A stretch of DNA of 63,666 nucleotides, counting the filler, from Octopus bimaculoides (Eukaryota), in NCBI RefSeq assembly GCF_001194135.2. It is 8 parts of 7 records of this genome, joined end to end, with 100 filler letters (N's around TTAATTAATTAA, not from the genome) between each part and the next. Parts side by side here need not be neighbours in the genome. Positions count along the whole stretch, not along the records: positions 35,231 to 56,455 come from NC_068999.1; 7 more parts are not named here. One strand, given 5' to 3'. Positions 40,590 to 53,021 of the stretch are shown piece by piece. The position numbers were made by a program, and so were the translations under genes. Under the pieces are notes generated by a model, which saw nothing but the letters and a program-made list of their open reading frames with translations, made no database searches and had not been told where the DNA came from. Position 1 is the first letter of the stretch. The number at the start of each line of letters is the position of its first letter.

Positions 40590-40885
40590 TTTGTGAGCGG
40601 AAAGGTCAGGAGTTCGATATACGGCGGTGCGTTGTGCTCTTCAGCAAGACATGTTATTTCATGTTGATCCAGTTCCCTTGGCTGTCATAAATGAGTTGTA
40701 CCTGTAATTCAAAAGGGACCAGTCTTGTCACATTCTGCGTCATCCCTAATCTCAACGGAGAGCTTCGTTAAGGGTACGCGTGTCTGCGGAGTGCTCAGCC
40801 ACTTGTATTTCAGTTTCACGAGTAGGCTGTTCCGTTGATCGGATCAACTGGAAGACTCGTCGTCGTAACCGACGGAGTACCAGTT
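40590..40885 (+). mobile_element. SINE family C
   Basis: GGAGTTCGAT..GCGTTGTGCTCTT..GCAAGAC...GTGCTCAGCCACTTG..GGCTGTTCCGTTGATCGGATCAACTGG. Confidence 0.85.
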
Positions 40886-40989
40886 GAGCACTGGGTTCGC
40901 TTACATTGACTGGCTTCCTAACGCAAAATTTCAGGACTTGTGTTTATAACAGAAAGGATGATTATTATTATTATTATCATCATCATCAT

Positions 40990-41222
40990 CAAGGCAGCGA
41001 GCTGGCATAATGGTTAGCACGCCGGACGAAATACTTAGAGGTATTTCGTCTGCCGCTTCGTTCTGAGTTCAAATTTCGCCAAGGTCGACTTTGCCCTTCA
41101 TCCTTTCAGGGACGATAAAATAAGTACCAGAGAAACACTGAGGGTTGATGTGATCGACTAGTCCCCTCACTCCAAATTTCAGGCCTTGTGCCTACAGTAG
41201 AAAGGATTATTATTATTATTAT
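40990..41222 (+). mobile_element. SINE family B, full length
   Basis: AAGGCAGCGAGCTGGCATAATGGTTAGCACGCCGG...TTTCAGGCCTTGTGCCTACAGTAGAAAGGATTATT. Confidence 0.9.
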
Positions 41223-42284
41223 CATTTGAATTTGTCCACAACGTCATTGTCACCAAATTAAACCATCATCATCAACATCATCATTATTACAAATATTATC
41301 ATAGAGAGTTCTCCCAACACTGCAAAAAGCACCACCACCACCACCAACCACCCCCGAACAGCACCCGCACCACCAACATTATCAACACCAAAACAAAAAA
41401 ACAACCATCACCATTATCACATGCATTCCCCACGACAACAATCATGACTATCACCAACAACAACNNNNNNNNNNNNNNNNNNNNNNNNNNNNNNNNNNNN
41501 NNNNNNNNNNNNNNNNNNNNNNNNNNNNNNNNNNNNNNNNNNNNNNNNNNNNNNNNNNNNNNNNNNNNNNNNNNNNNNNNNNNNNNNNNNNNNNNNNNNN
41601 NNNNNNNNNNNNNNNNNNNNNNNNNNNNNNNNNNNNNNNNNNNNNNNNNNNNNNNNNNNNNNNNNNNNNNNNNNNNNNNNNNNNNNNNNNNNNNNNNNNN
41701 NNNNNNNNNNNNNNNNNNNNNNNNNNNNNNNNNNNNNNNNNNNNNNNNNNNNNNNNNNNNNNNNNNNNNNNNNNNNNNNNNNNNNNNNNNNNNNNNNNNN
41801 NNNNNNNNNNNNNNNNNNNNNNNNNNNNNNNNNNNNNNNNNNNNNNNNNNNNNNNNNNNNNNNNNNNNNNNNNNNNNNNNNNNNNNNNNNNNNNNNNNNN
41901 NNNNNNNNNNNNNNNNNNNNNNNNNNNNNNNNNNNNNNNNNNNNNNNNNNNNNNNNNNNNNNNNNNNNNNNNNNNNNNNNNNNNNNNNNNNNNNNNNNNN
42001 NNNNNNNNNNNNNNNNNNNNNNNNNNNNNNNNNNNNNNNNNNNNNNNNNNNNNNNNNNNNNNNNNNNNNNNNNNNNNNNNNNNNNNNNNNNNNNNNNNNN
42101 NNNNNNNNNNNNNNNNNNNNNNNNNNNNNNNNNNNNNNNNNNNNNNNNNNNNNNNNNNNNNNNNNNNNNNNNNNNNNNNNNNNNNNNNNNNNNNNNNNNN
42201 NNNNNNNNNNNNNNNNNNNNNNNNNNNNNNNNNNNNNNNNNNNNNNNNNNNNNNNNNNNNNNNNNNNNNNNNNNNNNNNNNNNN

Positions 42285-42343
<59 letters not shown>

Positions 42344-42976
42344 TCATATATAGATACTTATGTAATGTATATATGTATTATATATACATGCATAAACGTA
42401 TGTTATATATTACATCGCGTATTTATAGATATAAGTATTCATATGTGTCTTTATACGCATATAATACACATGAGCGATATTTTATGTATGTATTATATTA
42501 TATCACATTTGTGTGTATTATATATATATATATCATATTTTTGTGTATTATATATATATATCATATGTTGCATATACATAACTTCTTCGTTGAAAAGCAA
42601 TGTTAAAATAAAATTACGTCCATGTCTACTAATTGCCCTTCCATATTATTTTTTACATTCTTCCGCCATCTTCCTCGTCTTCTTTCACTTAGCTTATTAT
42701 TTCTCTTCTTTTCCTTCTTTCTTTCCCTTTTTTCCCCCTTGCATATTCCATATCAATCAAAATTAACCAACTGCATGAAAGTTCCTTAATTCTATGTTTG
42801 TTCTTTGAGCTCCGAAAATTGACCAATTTTTTTTTTTCACATCTATATATATATATTGTTGATATTCTAAATGTATTCACATATCACACAGGTTTATATA
42901 TATATACATGTCTAGCTCACTTTTGTTTGTGATATATTTCTATACACGAGGCACTTGTATATATATGTGTGTGTAC

Positions 42977-43027
<51 letters not shown>

Positions 43028-43123
43028 NNNNNNNNNNNNNNNNNNNNNNNNNNNNNNNNNNNNNNNNNNNNNNNNNNNNNNNNNNNNNNNNNNNNNNNNN
43101 NNNNNNNNNNNNNNNNNNNNNNN

Positions 43124-43160
<37 letters not shown>

Positions 43161-43389
43161 TGTACTTAAACATCAAACGCACACGCGCATACACGGTCAC
43201 TATATATATATATATATATAGGTGTTAAGGAACAAACTTGTTCACTAATTGTGACGCCACACCGAATGCCTTCTCTTACTCAATACCGTAATTATCACCT
43301 GAGATGCACCTGAATATGTTATTGCTTCTTACTGAAGTATAGTGTTCGTTAAGAAATTAGGTATTTTCTTTTTGTAATATTCATACATG

Positions 43390-43423
<34 letters not shown>

Positions 43424-44737
43424 GGAATGCATATGTACATCTATATGGAATACGTACAAGCATATATCTATACATTTATATTCAGGCATACATTTATACA
43501 TATATCTATAACATATATATATTATATACATAGGTACAAGTATATATATATATATATCAAGACACACACACACGTATATTTATGTGTTACGCATGTGAAG
43601 CCTCCACGTGTTTAAGCAACCACACAACTGTTACTGTTGTTGAATTATTTCTGTTGCTGTTTTTGTCGTCAATATTTATATCGTATCATGCGTCATCCTT
43701 TATTCCTGCATCTTTATTCACACAGAATTCACTATAAATCATAACTTCGAACTTCGAAACTACGATATTGCTTCCAGGTCAGAGGCTTGGCCACTGGAGA
43801 TCAGGTCGAGTAATTCTCGTGATGCTGACGCCCATTCAGGCAGAATCACGTGACAACGACCGTCCTTCTGTTATCTCCAGACACTAAGCCTGTCCTTTTT
43901 CCTTAATGGTATGTTGACTTTGAAGAATTCTTGATTTTTGAGATTATCTCCCTTTCTCAAGTGAAACCGGTCTCAGTTACCATCTGGTAGTTGTGACACA
44001 TCATCTAGATACGGGGATAGTAGTCTCAATAAATCGAGAATTTACGTTGTCTATTTTCTTCAAAGACATGCCACTGAGTTATTTCTCTTAACTCATTTCG
44101 GTTTTTAAAAAAAAATGAAGAAAAACATCGCCTACTTAGTTCTTGAAGTTTATTACTGATATTTCTTTACTGAATAACATTTGACTTATTCTATACGATA
44201 CTAGTTCTCGGTAATTCTACTTTTCCGCCATGAATGACATGACTGATGTCTTTACTTGATTCATCAAGGTCTTGCTTCGACTCAGAGTTGAATCGTTGGT
44301 GTAACCATGAAGTTCAGGTGATCTGAAGATCTAGCCTTCTATAGCAGCATTGATTTGTAAATGTACTTCAACGTACAGTGCAATATGTAACATGCATATT
44401 GGTGCAGATATGTAAAATAATTTATCATACGTTAAAATTATGATTATTACATGATGAAGGCTGCGAACCGGCCGAAATCCTACGGATATTAAGTAGTTAA
44501 ATAAACGTATTCACTTCTCATACCTCCTGACTTTTTTATGGTCTGTATACTCCTTTATGGTCTCTATACTCCTCAGGAAAGAATTTGATAGATTGGATCT
44601 CCTAAAATTCAACTGCATAAAACTCTACATTATACTCCTCCGTATACGATTGCTATGTGAAATGGTAACCAAGTTCACTAGATAAGCTTTCCGTGATTGC
44701 TGCAGGATTCTATGACTTGAACTCAGATTAAGAATCA

Positions 44738-44804
<67 letters not shown>

Positions 44805-44837
44805 AAATTAGTCGGACAAAATGCCTTGCAATAATTT

Positions 44838-44992
44838 ATTCCGACTCTTTTCAAATCCCACCGAGGTCAACTTCCAAGGCTTTGGCAGGTCCGAGGCTAT
44901 AATAGAAGACATTTGCTCAAGGCCCCACACAGTGGCGACTGAACCTGGAACCATGTGGTTTGGAAACAATTTTCTCACCATACAGCCACACC
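44838..44992 (-). mobile_element. SINE family A, 5' half
   Basis: GGCTTTGG..CCGAGGCTATAATAGAAGACATTTGCTCAAGG..GACTGAACCTGGAACCATGTGGTT. Confidence 0.8.
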
Positions 44993-45635
44993 TAGAGAGA
45001 GAGACGGTGGGAATGAGAGACAGAGAAAGAGAGCTGCATTAGTAGTCGGATGATATTCATTTCACGTCACTCTAGTAACGTGAAATGACGTGTCTCACTC
45101 AAAGACAACATAACACGAATCGAATCCATATTCTGATGATCATGTGACCAAAAACTCTAACCACTGGGCTACGCGTCACATGCCTTTCCACCACACACTA
45201 TATTTGTAGCGTTGCTCTTACTTTACGAATCATAGTTTTAAGAATAAATTTGAAACTGTTTTCTAACGTCGGAGACGTTAAAAGATGTTAGAGAGTCATT
45301 TGATCTGAGACTATGCGTCTGAAACTAACGTAATTACAACATGGAAGACACATGGAAGTCATTCAAAAGCACACAAACACTGTTAACTTCATATAAATAT
45401 TTATTATTCAGTGTCATACTTTCCGCCGCACGATCTGTGACCTGGTCACTGACATGGTTCCAGTCTATAAACTGTAATTTTTAACTTCCTGTAATTCGAT
45501 AAATGTTATATTTGTATGATTTATGAAGTGCTTGAAATGTTGGCGAAAAGAACAGCTCCAGAATGTAAAATGTTAAAATAAAAATGAGGGCAGACATTTT
45601 TTATTCAATTCACCCACGCAGCTTGGTGACGGTAA

Positions 45636-45681
<46 letters not shown>

Positions 45682-46650
45682 NNNNNNNNNNNNNNNNNNN
45701 NNNNNNNNNNNNNNNNNNNNNNNNNNNNNNNNNNNNNNNNNNNNNNNNNNNNNNNNNNNNNNNNNNNNNNNNNNNNNNNNNNNNNNNNNNNNNNNNNNNN
45801 NNNNNNNNNNNNNNNNNNNNNNNNNNNNNNNNNNNNNNNNNNNNNNNNNNNNNNNNNNNNNNNNNNNNNNNNNNNNNNNNNNNNNNNNNNNNNNNNNNNN
45901 NNNNNNNNNNNNNNNNNNNNNNNNNNNNNNNNNNNNNNNNNNNNNNNNNNNNNNNNNNNNNNNNNNNNNNNNNNNNNNNNNNNNNNNNNNNNNNNNNNNN
46001 NNNNNNNNNNNNNNNNNNNNNNNNNNNNNNNNNNNNNNNNNNNNNNNNNNNNNNNNNNNNNNNNNNNNNNNNNNNNNNNNNNNNNNNNNNNNNNNNNNNN
46101 NNNNNNNNNNNNNNNNNNNNNNNNNNNNNNNNNNNNNNNNNNNNNNNNNNNNNNNNNNNNNNNNNNNNNNNNNNNNNNNNNNNNNNNNNNNNNNNNNNNN
46201 NNNNNNNNNNNNNNNNNNNNNNNNNNNNNNNNNNNNNNNNNNNNNNNNNNNNNNNNNNNNNNNNNNNNNNNNNNNNNNNNNNNNNNNNNNNNNNNNNNNN
46301 NNNNNNNNNNNNNNNNNNNNNNNNNNNNNNNNNNNNNNNNNNNNNNNNNNNNNNNNNNATATATATATATATATATAATGAAATATGTATGTATACTTAT
46401 ACAGGGTGTTTCCATCACACTCACAAAAACTATAATATTAAATTATGTTAACTTTGTGTATATATATGTGTGTGTATGTGTATTGTATGGTAATTTATAC
46501 CTATATATATATACATACATATGTGGAAATTTGTACTTATATGTGTGTGTGCGTGTGTGTGTGTGTACATATAAGTAATTAGGGATATATAAACTTAATT
46601 ATAAATATTCGAATATATAGATAAGTGTAGATAATATATAGATAATTGTG

Positions 46651-46723
<73 letters not shown>

Positions 46724-48549
46724 CATTGTACTCTATTAGTCACAGGTTTCGATTCCTATTGGCGACATTATAATGTTTTTATTTCTGTCTTTTAGTTTGG
46801 ATACATAACATAACTTGGTACTTTCTGAACTGAATAATCCGTTGACAGTCCTCTGGATATGAGGAATGTGAGCCTTTTGGTTTCAGGCACTAAATCCGGA
46901 CGGCTGAAGTTGTGACTCAACGTAACTTTACTCCAGGCGACGTTCCACCTTTTGTCATGTTACATATAAATATATATAATTTGGAGAACAATACTGGTCC
47001 ACAACTTTAATTTTCTTCCCTGAGCCAAATTTCTTCCCGGAATATCAGTTTTTTCCGAATTCGTCTGATGATCATTGTATAAGAAACTACAGACATATGA
47101 TGACCCGCCCGGTCATTTTCAACTTCTATTTCTATAAATGCAAGATTCTTACTTCTAACACATGTATTAAGTTTGTTTTGTATTTCTATATGGCAACTGC
47201 ATCACCATATATATATATATATATATGTTGTGTGTTTGTGTAAATATGAATGAATGAATGTATATGCGGAGCGACTTAGAATTTCGGAGTTGGTGTCCAG
47301 CATGTCATAAGACCATTAAAAACGAGGCGACTGTAACATTCGTTATAACATGTTTCTGGAAAACGGTTACAGTGTCATGAATTCGGCCGACATTGCTGAG
47401 ACAGATATTTGGTTTCGGGTTGCTTCTGCGTTCTTTTGCTATGAATGTTGGCGTGTTCTTGTGCAAAATATTGTCGACCTAAATTTTGCTCCAGTGTGTG
47501 TGTGAGAGAGAGAGTGAGAGTGAGAGAGAGAGACAGCGCGAGCGAGAGAGCGAGAGAGAGAGCGAGAGAGACCTTGTACATGTATACAGGTTATATACAG
47601 ACATTTAGAAACATACCCGAAGGTAAATGCTTCACAAATATGAATACAAAAATCCAATATCATACAGCACGAGTATTACAAATATACACTTACGTTATAC
47701 GCATGTATACTCAATATATATGTGACTATATTATACAAACATAGAAGTGCATACACGTTGAAACATAAACAAAATTGTGAGAGTATGTGAATATGTGTGT
47801 ATGTGTATTGTTGTATCGATTAATAAATTACAAATGCAGGAAGAATATTTATACACACTCGATATATATATATATGCATACACACTCAATAAATGAAATT
47901 ATAACCAAAAGCATAGAAAAGCAGCAATGAAACACCTTCAAACTATATACAGGAATTGTATATAAGTTTTCTGTACACAAAAATCAGCCATTTTGGATCA
48001 ATAGATCTCTATCTTTGATATGATGAAAACAAACTCCATTTTAAAGCAGATAATTTAAAACAGAATTAAATGCATCTTGTTTCAAATAGAGAGAAGAAAA
48101 TATATTTAATGCGGACCGGAGGGTGATAACTTCAATGCTGGATTAGTCGGGTATTTTCGCCATTTTGGACCGACTAGTGTTATTTCACTAAGTTCCGACC
48201 AAAAGGAAATATCTTGTCTTAAATTGAAGTTAATCTCCTTCATGGACCGGACAAAACGTAACGATAAAGCGAAAAGCTTTGCTGTATTTATTCTTTTTTT
48301 TTTAATGGTTTGTAAGAAGCATGATTGCATTTGAAGTCTTGCACGTCAAACACCTTCTCAATGTTTATCGTCTGCTTCTTCATATCTCCAAATGTCTCCT
48401 TTTATGTTTGACTGTTTACTTGCTGTTTCCTTCAAAACAGTATCACTCACTTTGTATCAACGCATGCGCTCTCGATTTTCCCTTATATATTATTGCCGTA
48501 GTTGTTGTGGTTGTCATCGTCGTTATTATTATTATTAACATTTCTGACA

Positions 48550-48780
48550 CGGTTGCTGGATTTGCAGCATCTGTAAAGTGACGGAACGAAATTCCTGTGT
48601 GGTATTTAGTTACGTCTTTCTTTACGATCTGAGTTCAAATCCCGCCAAGATCGACTTTCCTTTATTATCCTCACAGAGGTTGATATATATGTATTCATTA
48701 CCAGTCATGCACTGGGGTTGATTTCACCGATATACACTGAACTTGTGTGGACCTTGTGCCTGTATTATAAAATGTTGTTG
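48550..48780 (+). mobile_element. SINE family B, degenerate
   Basis: GAGTTCAAATCCCGCCAAGATCGACTTTCC...CACTGGGGTTGAT...CCTTGTGCC. Confidence 0.7.
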
Positions 48781-49229
48781 TTCTTGATGTTGTTTTTACT
48801 ATCAGCAATTCTTGCTTCACTCTAATGTCTGTGCGTCTATGTAAATCTACTTTCACTTTTTCTGCTTTTTATAAATTAGCCAAACATCTGTTTATGTATA
48901 TTAATATTTGTTTCAATCTTATTTTTTATCAAAGATTCTTTATTTCTTTAAATTAATGATTTTTAAATAGCATTTCTCTTTTTCTAAATACATTATTTTC
49001 GCTAATCTAACATAAAATTAATTCGTTAATTGTTTAAGCACTTCAATGATTAATTGAATGGTTAATTAGCTAACGTAATGACGCATTTCGTTCTTATTAA
49101 TATAAATATTACGATTCATTTAACTTCATTTTATTATCATTAAAATAATGCCATTCCAGAACTAAGAAACATTTATTCACATACTTACGTATCAATTGTT
49201 ATTTTTTATTATTATCGTTTTTATTATGT

Positions 49230-49803
49230 AAGGCAACGAGCTGATGGAGTCGTTGGAGCGTTGAACAAATGTCGCGGTGTTCCTTCTGATTTTTTTGTTT
49301 TCAGTTCAAATATCACCGGAGATCAACTCTGCCTCTCTTCCCTCGGGGGTTTGATAAAATGAAATACTATTCAAGTCCCGAGATCGGTGGTATCGACTAA
49401 TCCCCTGCCATGTAAATGGTTGGCATTGTGCCCAAAATCGCAAGATACCAGAGAAAATTCTTTCCATTGTTTAAATGATGTGCCGTTTTTTGTTCTGAAC
49501 TTGAATCCGGCCGAGGTCGACTCCACTTTCCTTCCCCTCCCACAAAGCTTTGTGATTTTGTACCTAAATCATTATTTATACTAATTATAAATCTAAGGCG
49601 GCGAGGTGGCAGAATCGTTAGCATGCCGGACTAAATGCTTAACGGCTTTTCGTCCGCATTACGTTCTAGATTCAAATTCCACCGAGGTCGACTCTGTCTT
49701 TCATCCTTTCGGGGGTCGATCACTGGGGGTCGATGTAATCGAATTACCCTGCTTCCCCCAAAATCGCTGGCCTTGTGCCAAAATTTGAAACCAATATGAA
49801 TTA
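49230..49803 (+). mobile_element. Cluster of three tandem family B SINEs (49230-49445; 49480-49575; 49596-49803)
   Basis: Repeated B-box/GAGGTCGACT body and CCTTGTGCC/ATTGTGCCC tails. Confidence 0.8.
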
Positions 49804-50061
49804 TGAANNNNNNNNNNNNNNNNNNNNNNNNNNNNNNNNNNNNNNNNNNNNNNNNNNNNNNNNNNNNNNNNNNNNNNNNNNNNNNNNNNNNNNNNNNNNN
49901 NNNNNNGTTCAAATCACGCCGAGATCAACTTTCCTTTCCAGAAATTCTTTGAATTCCTGATAGTTCTTAGTTTGTTTGTGTCCAAGTTCATCGACCATGA
50001 TGTAAAGATAACTTTCTCCACCACAAACTGGATATCAAGAAAGCTTCAGTTAGCTACCACT

Positions 50062-50387
50062 GAAGGAGACCCCCCCCCCTCGGTCATGAATGACCATGGG
50101 ATTGCACCTAGAAAGTTACCCTCCGAGGCACAAGTCCGGGAAAGGTTGTTTGTGGAAGGCCAGCAGTTGCCCATGCATACCAGCCACCCCTCTCCACACC
50201 ACTAATGTTATCCAAGGGAAAGGTAAAGGCCGATATAGCTTGGCACCAGTGATGTCGCAACTCATTTCTACAGTTGCGTTAACTGGAGCAACGTGGAAAT
50301 AAAGTGTCACGTAGTCCGGTCCAGGAATCGAACTCACAACCTCAGGATCGTAAGCTCGACACTAACCACTGAGCCATGCGCCTTCAC
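50062..50387 (-). mobile_element. tRNA-derived SINE with 12-bp target-site duplication
   Basis: Minus-strand head GTGAAGGCGCATGGCTCAGTGGTTAG..GAGTTCGATTCC. Flanked by TTAGCTACCACT at 50050-50061 and 50388-50399. Confidence 0.9.
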
Positions 50388-51117
50388 TTAGCTACCACTA
50401 GGCTTATATTAAAAAAGCATAGATCCAGGGCAGTTTACCTGAATTTTATCTTAAAGAGAGTTGAGTCTCCAAAGACCCTTGTTATTTTCCCTTAAAAAGG
50501 AATGCGACAAATTGTTCAAGACTTCCCAGGTTTCGTCTTCAAGGAGGATTCACTCAAACAGAGGGAGAAAATATAGCTACATCTGAGGCCTAAAGGGTTA
50601 TAGCTTTCTATAGGATCTTGGGATGTTAATTATAATCAACAGAATGCTAATTATAATCATCTAGAATGTGGTGAGCCAAATGATCTTGGAAAAGTTAATA
50701 GCTGTAGGTTACAGAGAATATCGTTCTTTACTGGAAAAGCTAACTTTAACGGACACCATTATAAGTTTACCAAGATATATGATGCCAATATGTTATCACT
50801 AACAGCAGCGGAAGCCATCAGTAAACCAACGATCATTTTTGGTTATATTACCTTTATATATATATATATATATAGTTTTTTTAATGTCCGTATCTTAATT
50901 CTGGAATTGCTATTATTTCAATTAATTTTCATTAATTATGGTTAATTGTAAATATCATTATTTACTTTCTCGTTTCTATCTTAACTTTAATTGTACTCTT
51001 AACTGCTAATTACTGGCTGATTATATTGTTTAAATTTATTACTCTCAATTATATTAATGCAACTAACATCCTTAAAAACAAACATAAAAATCAGTACGAA
51101 TTTACCATTGTTGTTCT

Positions 51118-51498
51118 TGCTATTATTATTATTATCATCATCATCATTATTATTATTTATTATTATCATTATTATTATTATTTATTATTATCATTATCAT
51201 TATCATCACTATTTATTATTATTATTATTATTAATTATTATTATTATTAATATCATTACTATTTATTATTATTATCATTATTAATTATTATTATCTATTA
51301 TTAATTATTATTATTATTTATTATTATTAATTATTATTAATTATTATTATTAATTATTATTAATTATTATTATTAATTATTATTATTATCATTATTATTT
51401 ATTATTATCATCATTATCATTATTAATTATTATCATCATTATTATCATTAATTATTATCATCATCATCATTATTATTATTATTATTATTATTTATTAT
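51118..51498. repeat. Degenerate (ATT)n/(ATC)n tract, ~380 bp
   Basis: Direct reading. Confidence 0.95.
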
Positions 51499-51534
51499 AG
51501 GTACAGAATGGCTATGATAAATACCTACGAGATG

Positions 51535-51610
51535 AAAGACCGGAAATCACAGTCTACTTCTAAGAAACACAAATGGTTACGCATGCACAGGAAGTGAAGT
51601 GACGTCAGAA
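51535..51610. promoter_or_regulatory. Putative promoter/enhancer (ETS + CRE cluster)
   Basis: ACCGGAAAT 51539-51547, CAGGAAGTG 51588-51596, TGACGTCA 51600-51607, all within 70 bp in an otherwise very AT-rich context. Confidence 0.4.
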
Positions 51611-52962
51611 CCAAGAACTACTCTTACTCTAACAACAACAACAAATATATTAATAAATACTCACAATATCTGTATGAAATGAAAAATATATAAAAACAGA
51701 GGCAGGTGGAGAAACGAGCGAGAAACACAGAAATAAAGAAAGATCAAGCAAAAAAAAAAAACAAAAAAAAACACAAATTTGAAAGAAAAGTGAAATAAAG
51801 ACAGCGTCGTGTAATTTCAGCATCAGCGGATTCTAAGAATGGTCTAGAACTGCGTATATTCAATATTTTTGTATTTATAAAAAAAAAAAAAGTTCTTAAA
51901 AATAACTTTGAAAAAAAAATAATTAATTTGAAAAAAATAACAGCTCAGACTAACGAAAATATAAAATAAGAAAAAAAAAACAAAAAGTATACACAAACAC
52001 AGTACTGACTATAAACGTGTACATGTGTGTATGACGGCTGTTATATATATGTGCGTGTGTTGTGTATGTAAGTTTATATGGGGGGTTATATAACACAATC
52101 TCCATACAAATGTATGTGTGTGTGTATTCATGAGAGTGTGTATATATGCTGTGTATGCCTCATAGAAAATTGGAATTTCGATAAAAAAAAGTAGTTTGTT
52201 TTTTTTTTAATTATTATAATAATAATAATAATATAATAATAACAATAATAATTATAATTATAATGTAAACAACAACAATAATAATGACTATTATCTTGAT
52301 AAATTATAACAACAACAATTGCTAAGATAACTGGAAAAATAATGATGGTGATGATGAGAATGATGATCAATTGAAGGCAAGAGGAGGAGGAGAGAGAGGA
52401 GGCAAGAAAAAGAGGTGTTGATTCTAGGAGAGAATGAAGAAGAAAAAATATCTTTTTATGGATCAGGAAAAAATGTGGGAAATAATAACAATAATAATAA
52501 TAAATCAGAGAAGACGGTGGCGTAAGATTGGATGGAGGGAAAAATGAGCAAATTTGTAAGGAGGAGTTCAGACAATGATTAAAATCACCAATATCAATAT
52601 CGATTTGCATCGATCTGAATAAGTTCTCGGGGACTCAACCGAACCCAAACTGATTCAGAGACGTTTTCTCAGATAGGGAAATTTCTGAGGATAAAACAGA
52701 AGATATTCTATACAGGATATGGAAGATCAACACCAGCTGATAAGCGGGCGGGAAACAAGGGTGCATGGATGTGTCTGCATAAATGTATAGATAAGAGTAT
52801 GCAAATAAATTTCTATGTATATATGTAACGTCTTCATAGGCATAAGATGTGTGTATATATATACACACATGCTTCTTATACGACGTATGTGTGTGTGTAT
52901 ATATATATATATATATTCATACGTTGCATATGTGTATATATGTACACATACGTAGTGTATAC

Positions 52963-53021
<59 letters not shown>

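Noticed and set aside
47060-47100. CTGATGA-N11-GAAAC hammerhead-like spacing
   Set aside because: Stem II and stem I barely pair and the cleavage site would be GAC rather than NUH. One such match is plausible by chance in 63 kb.
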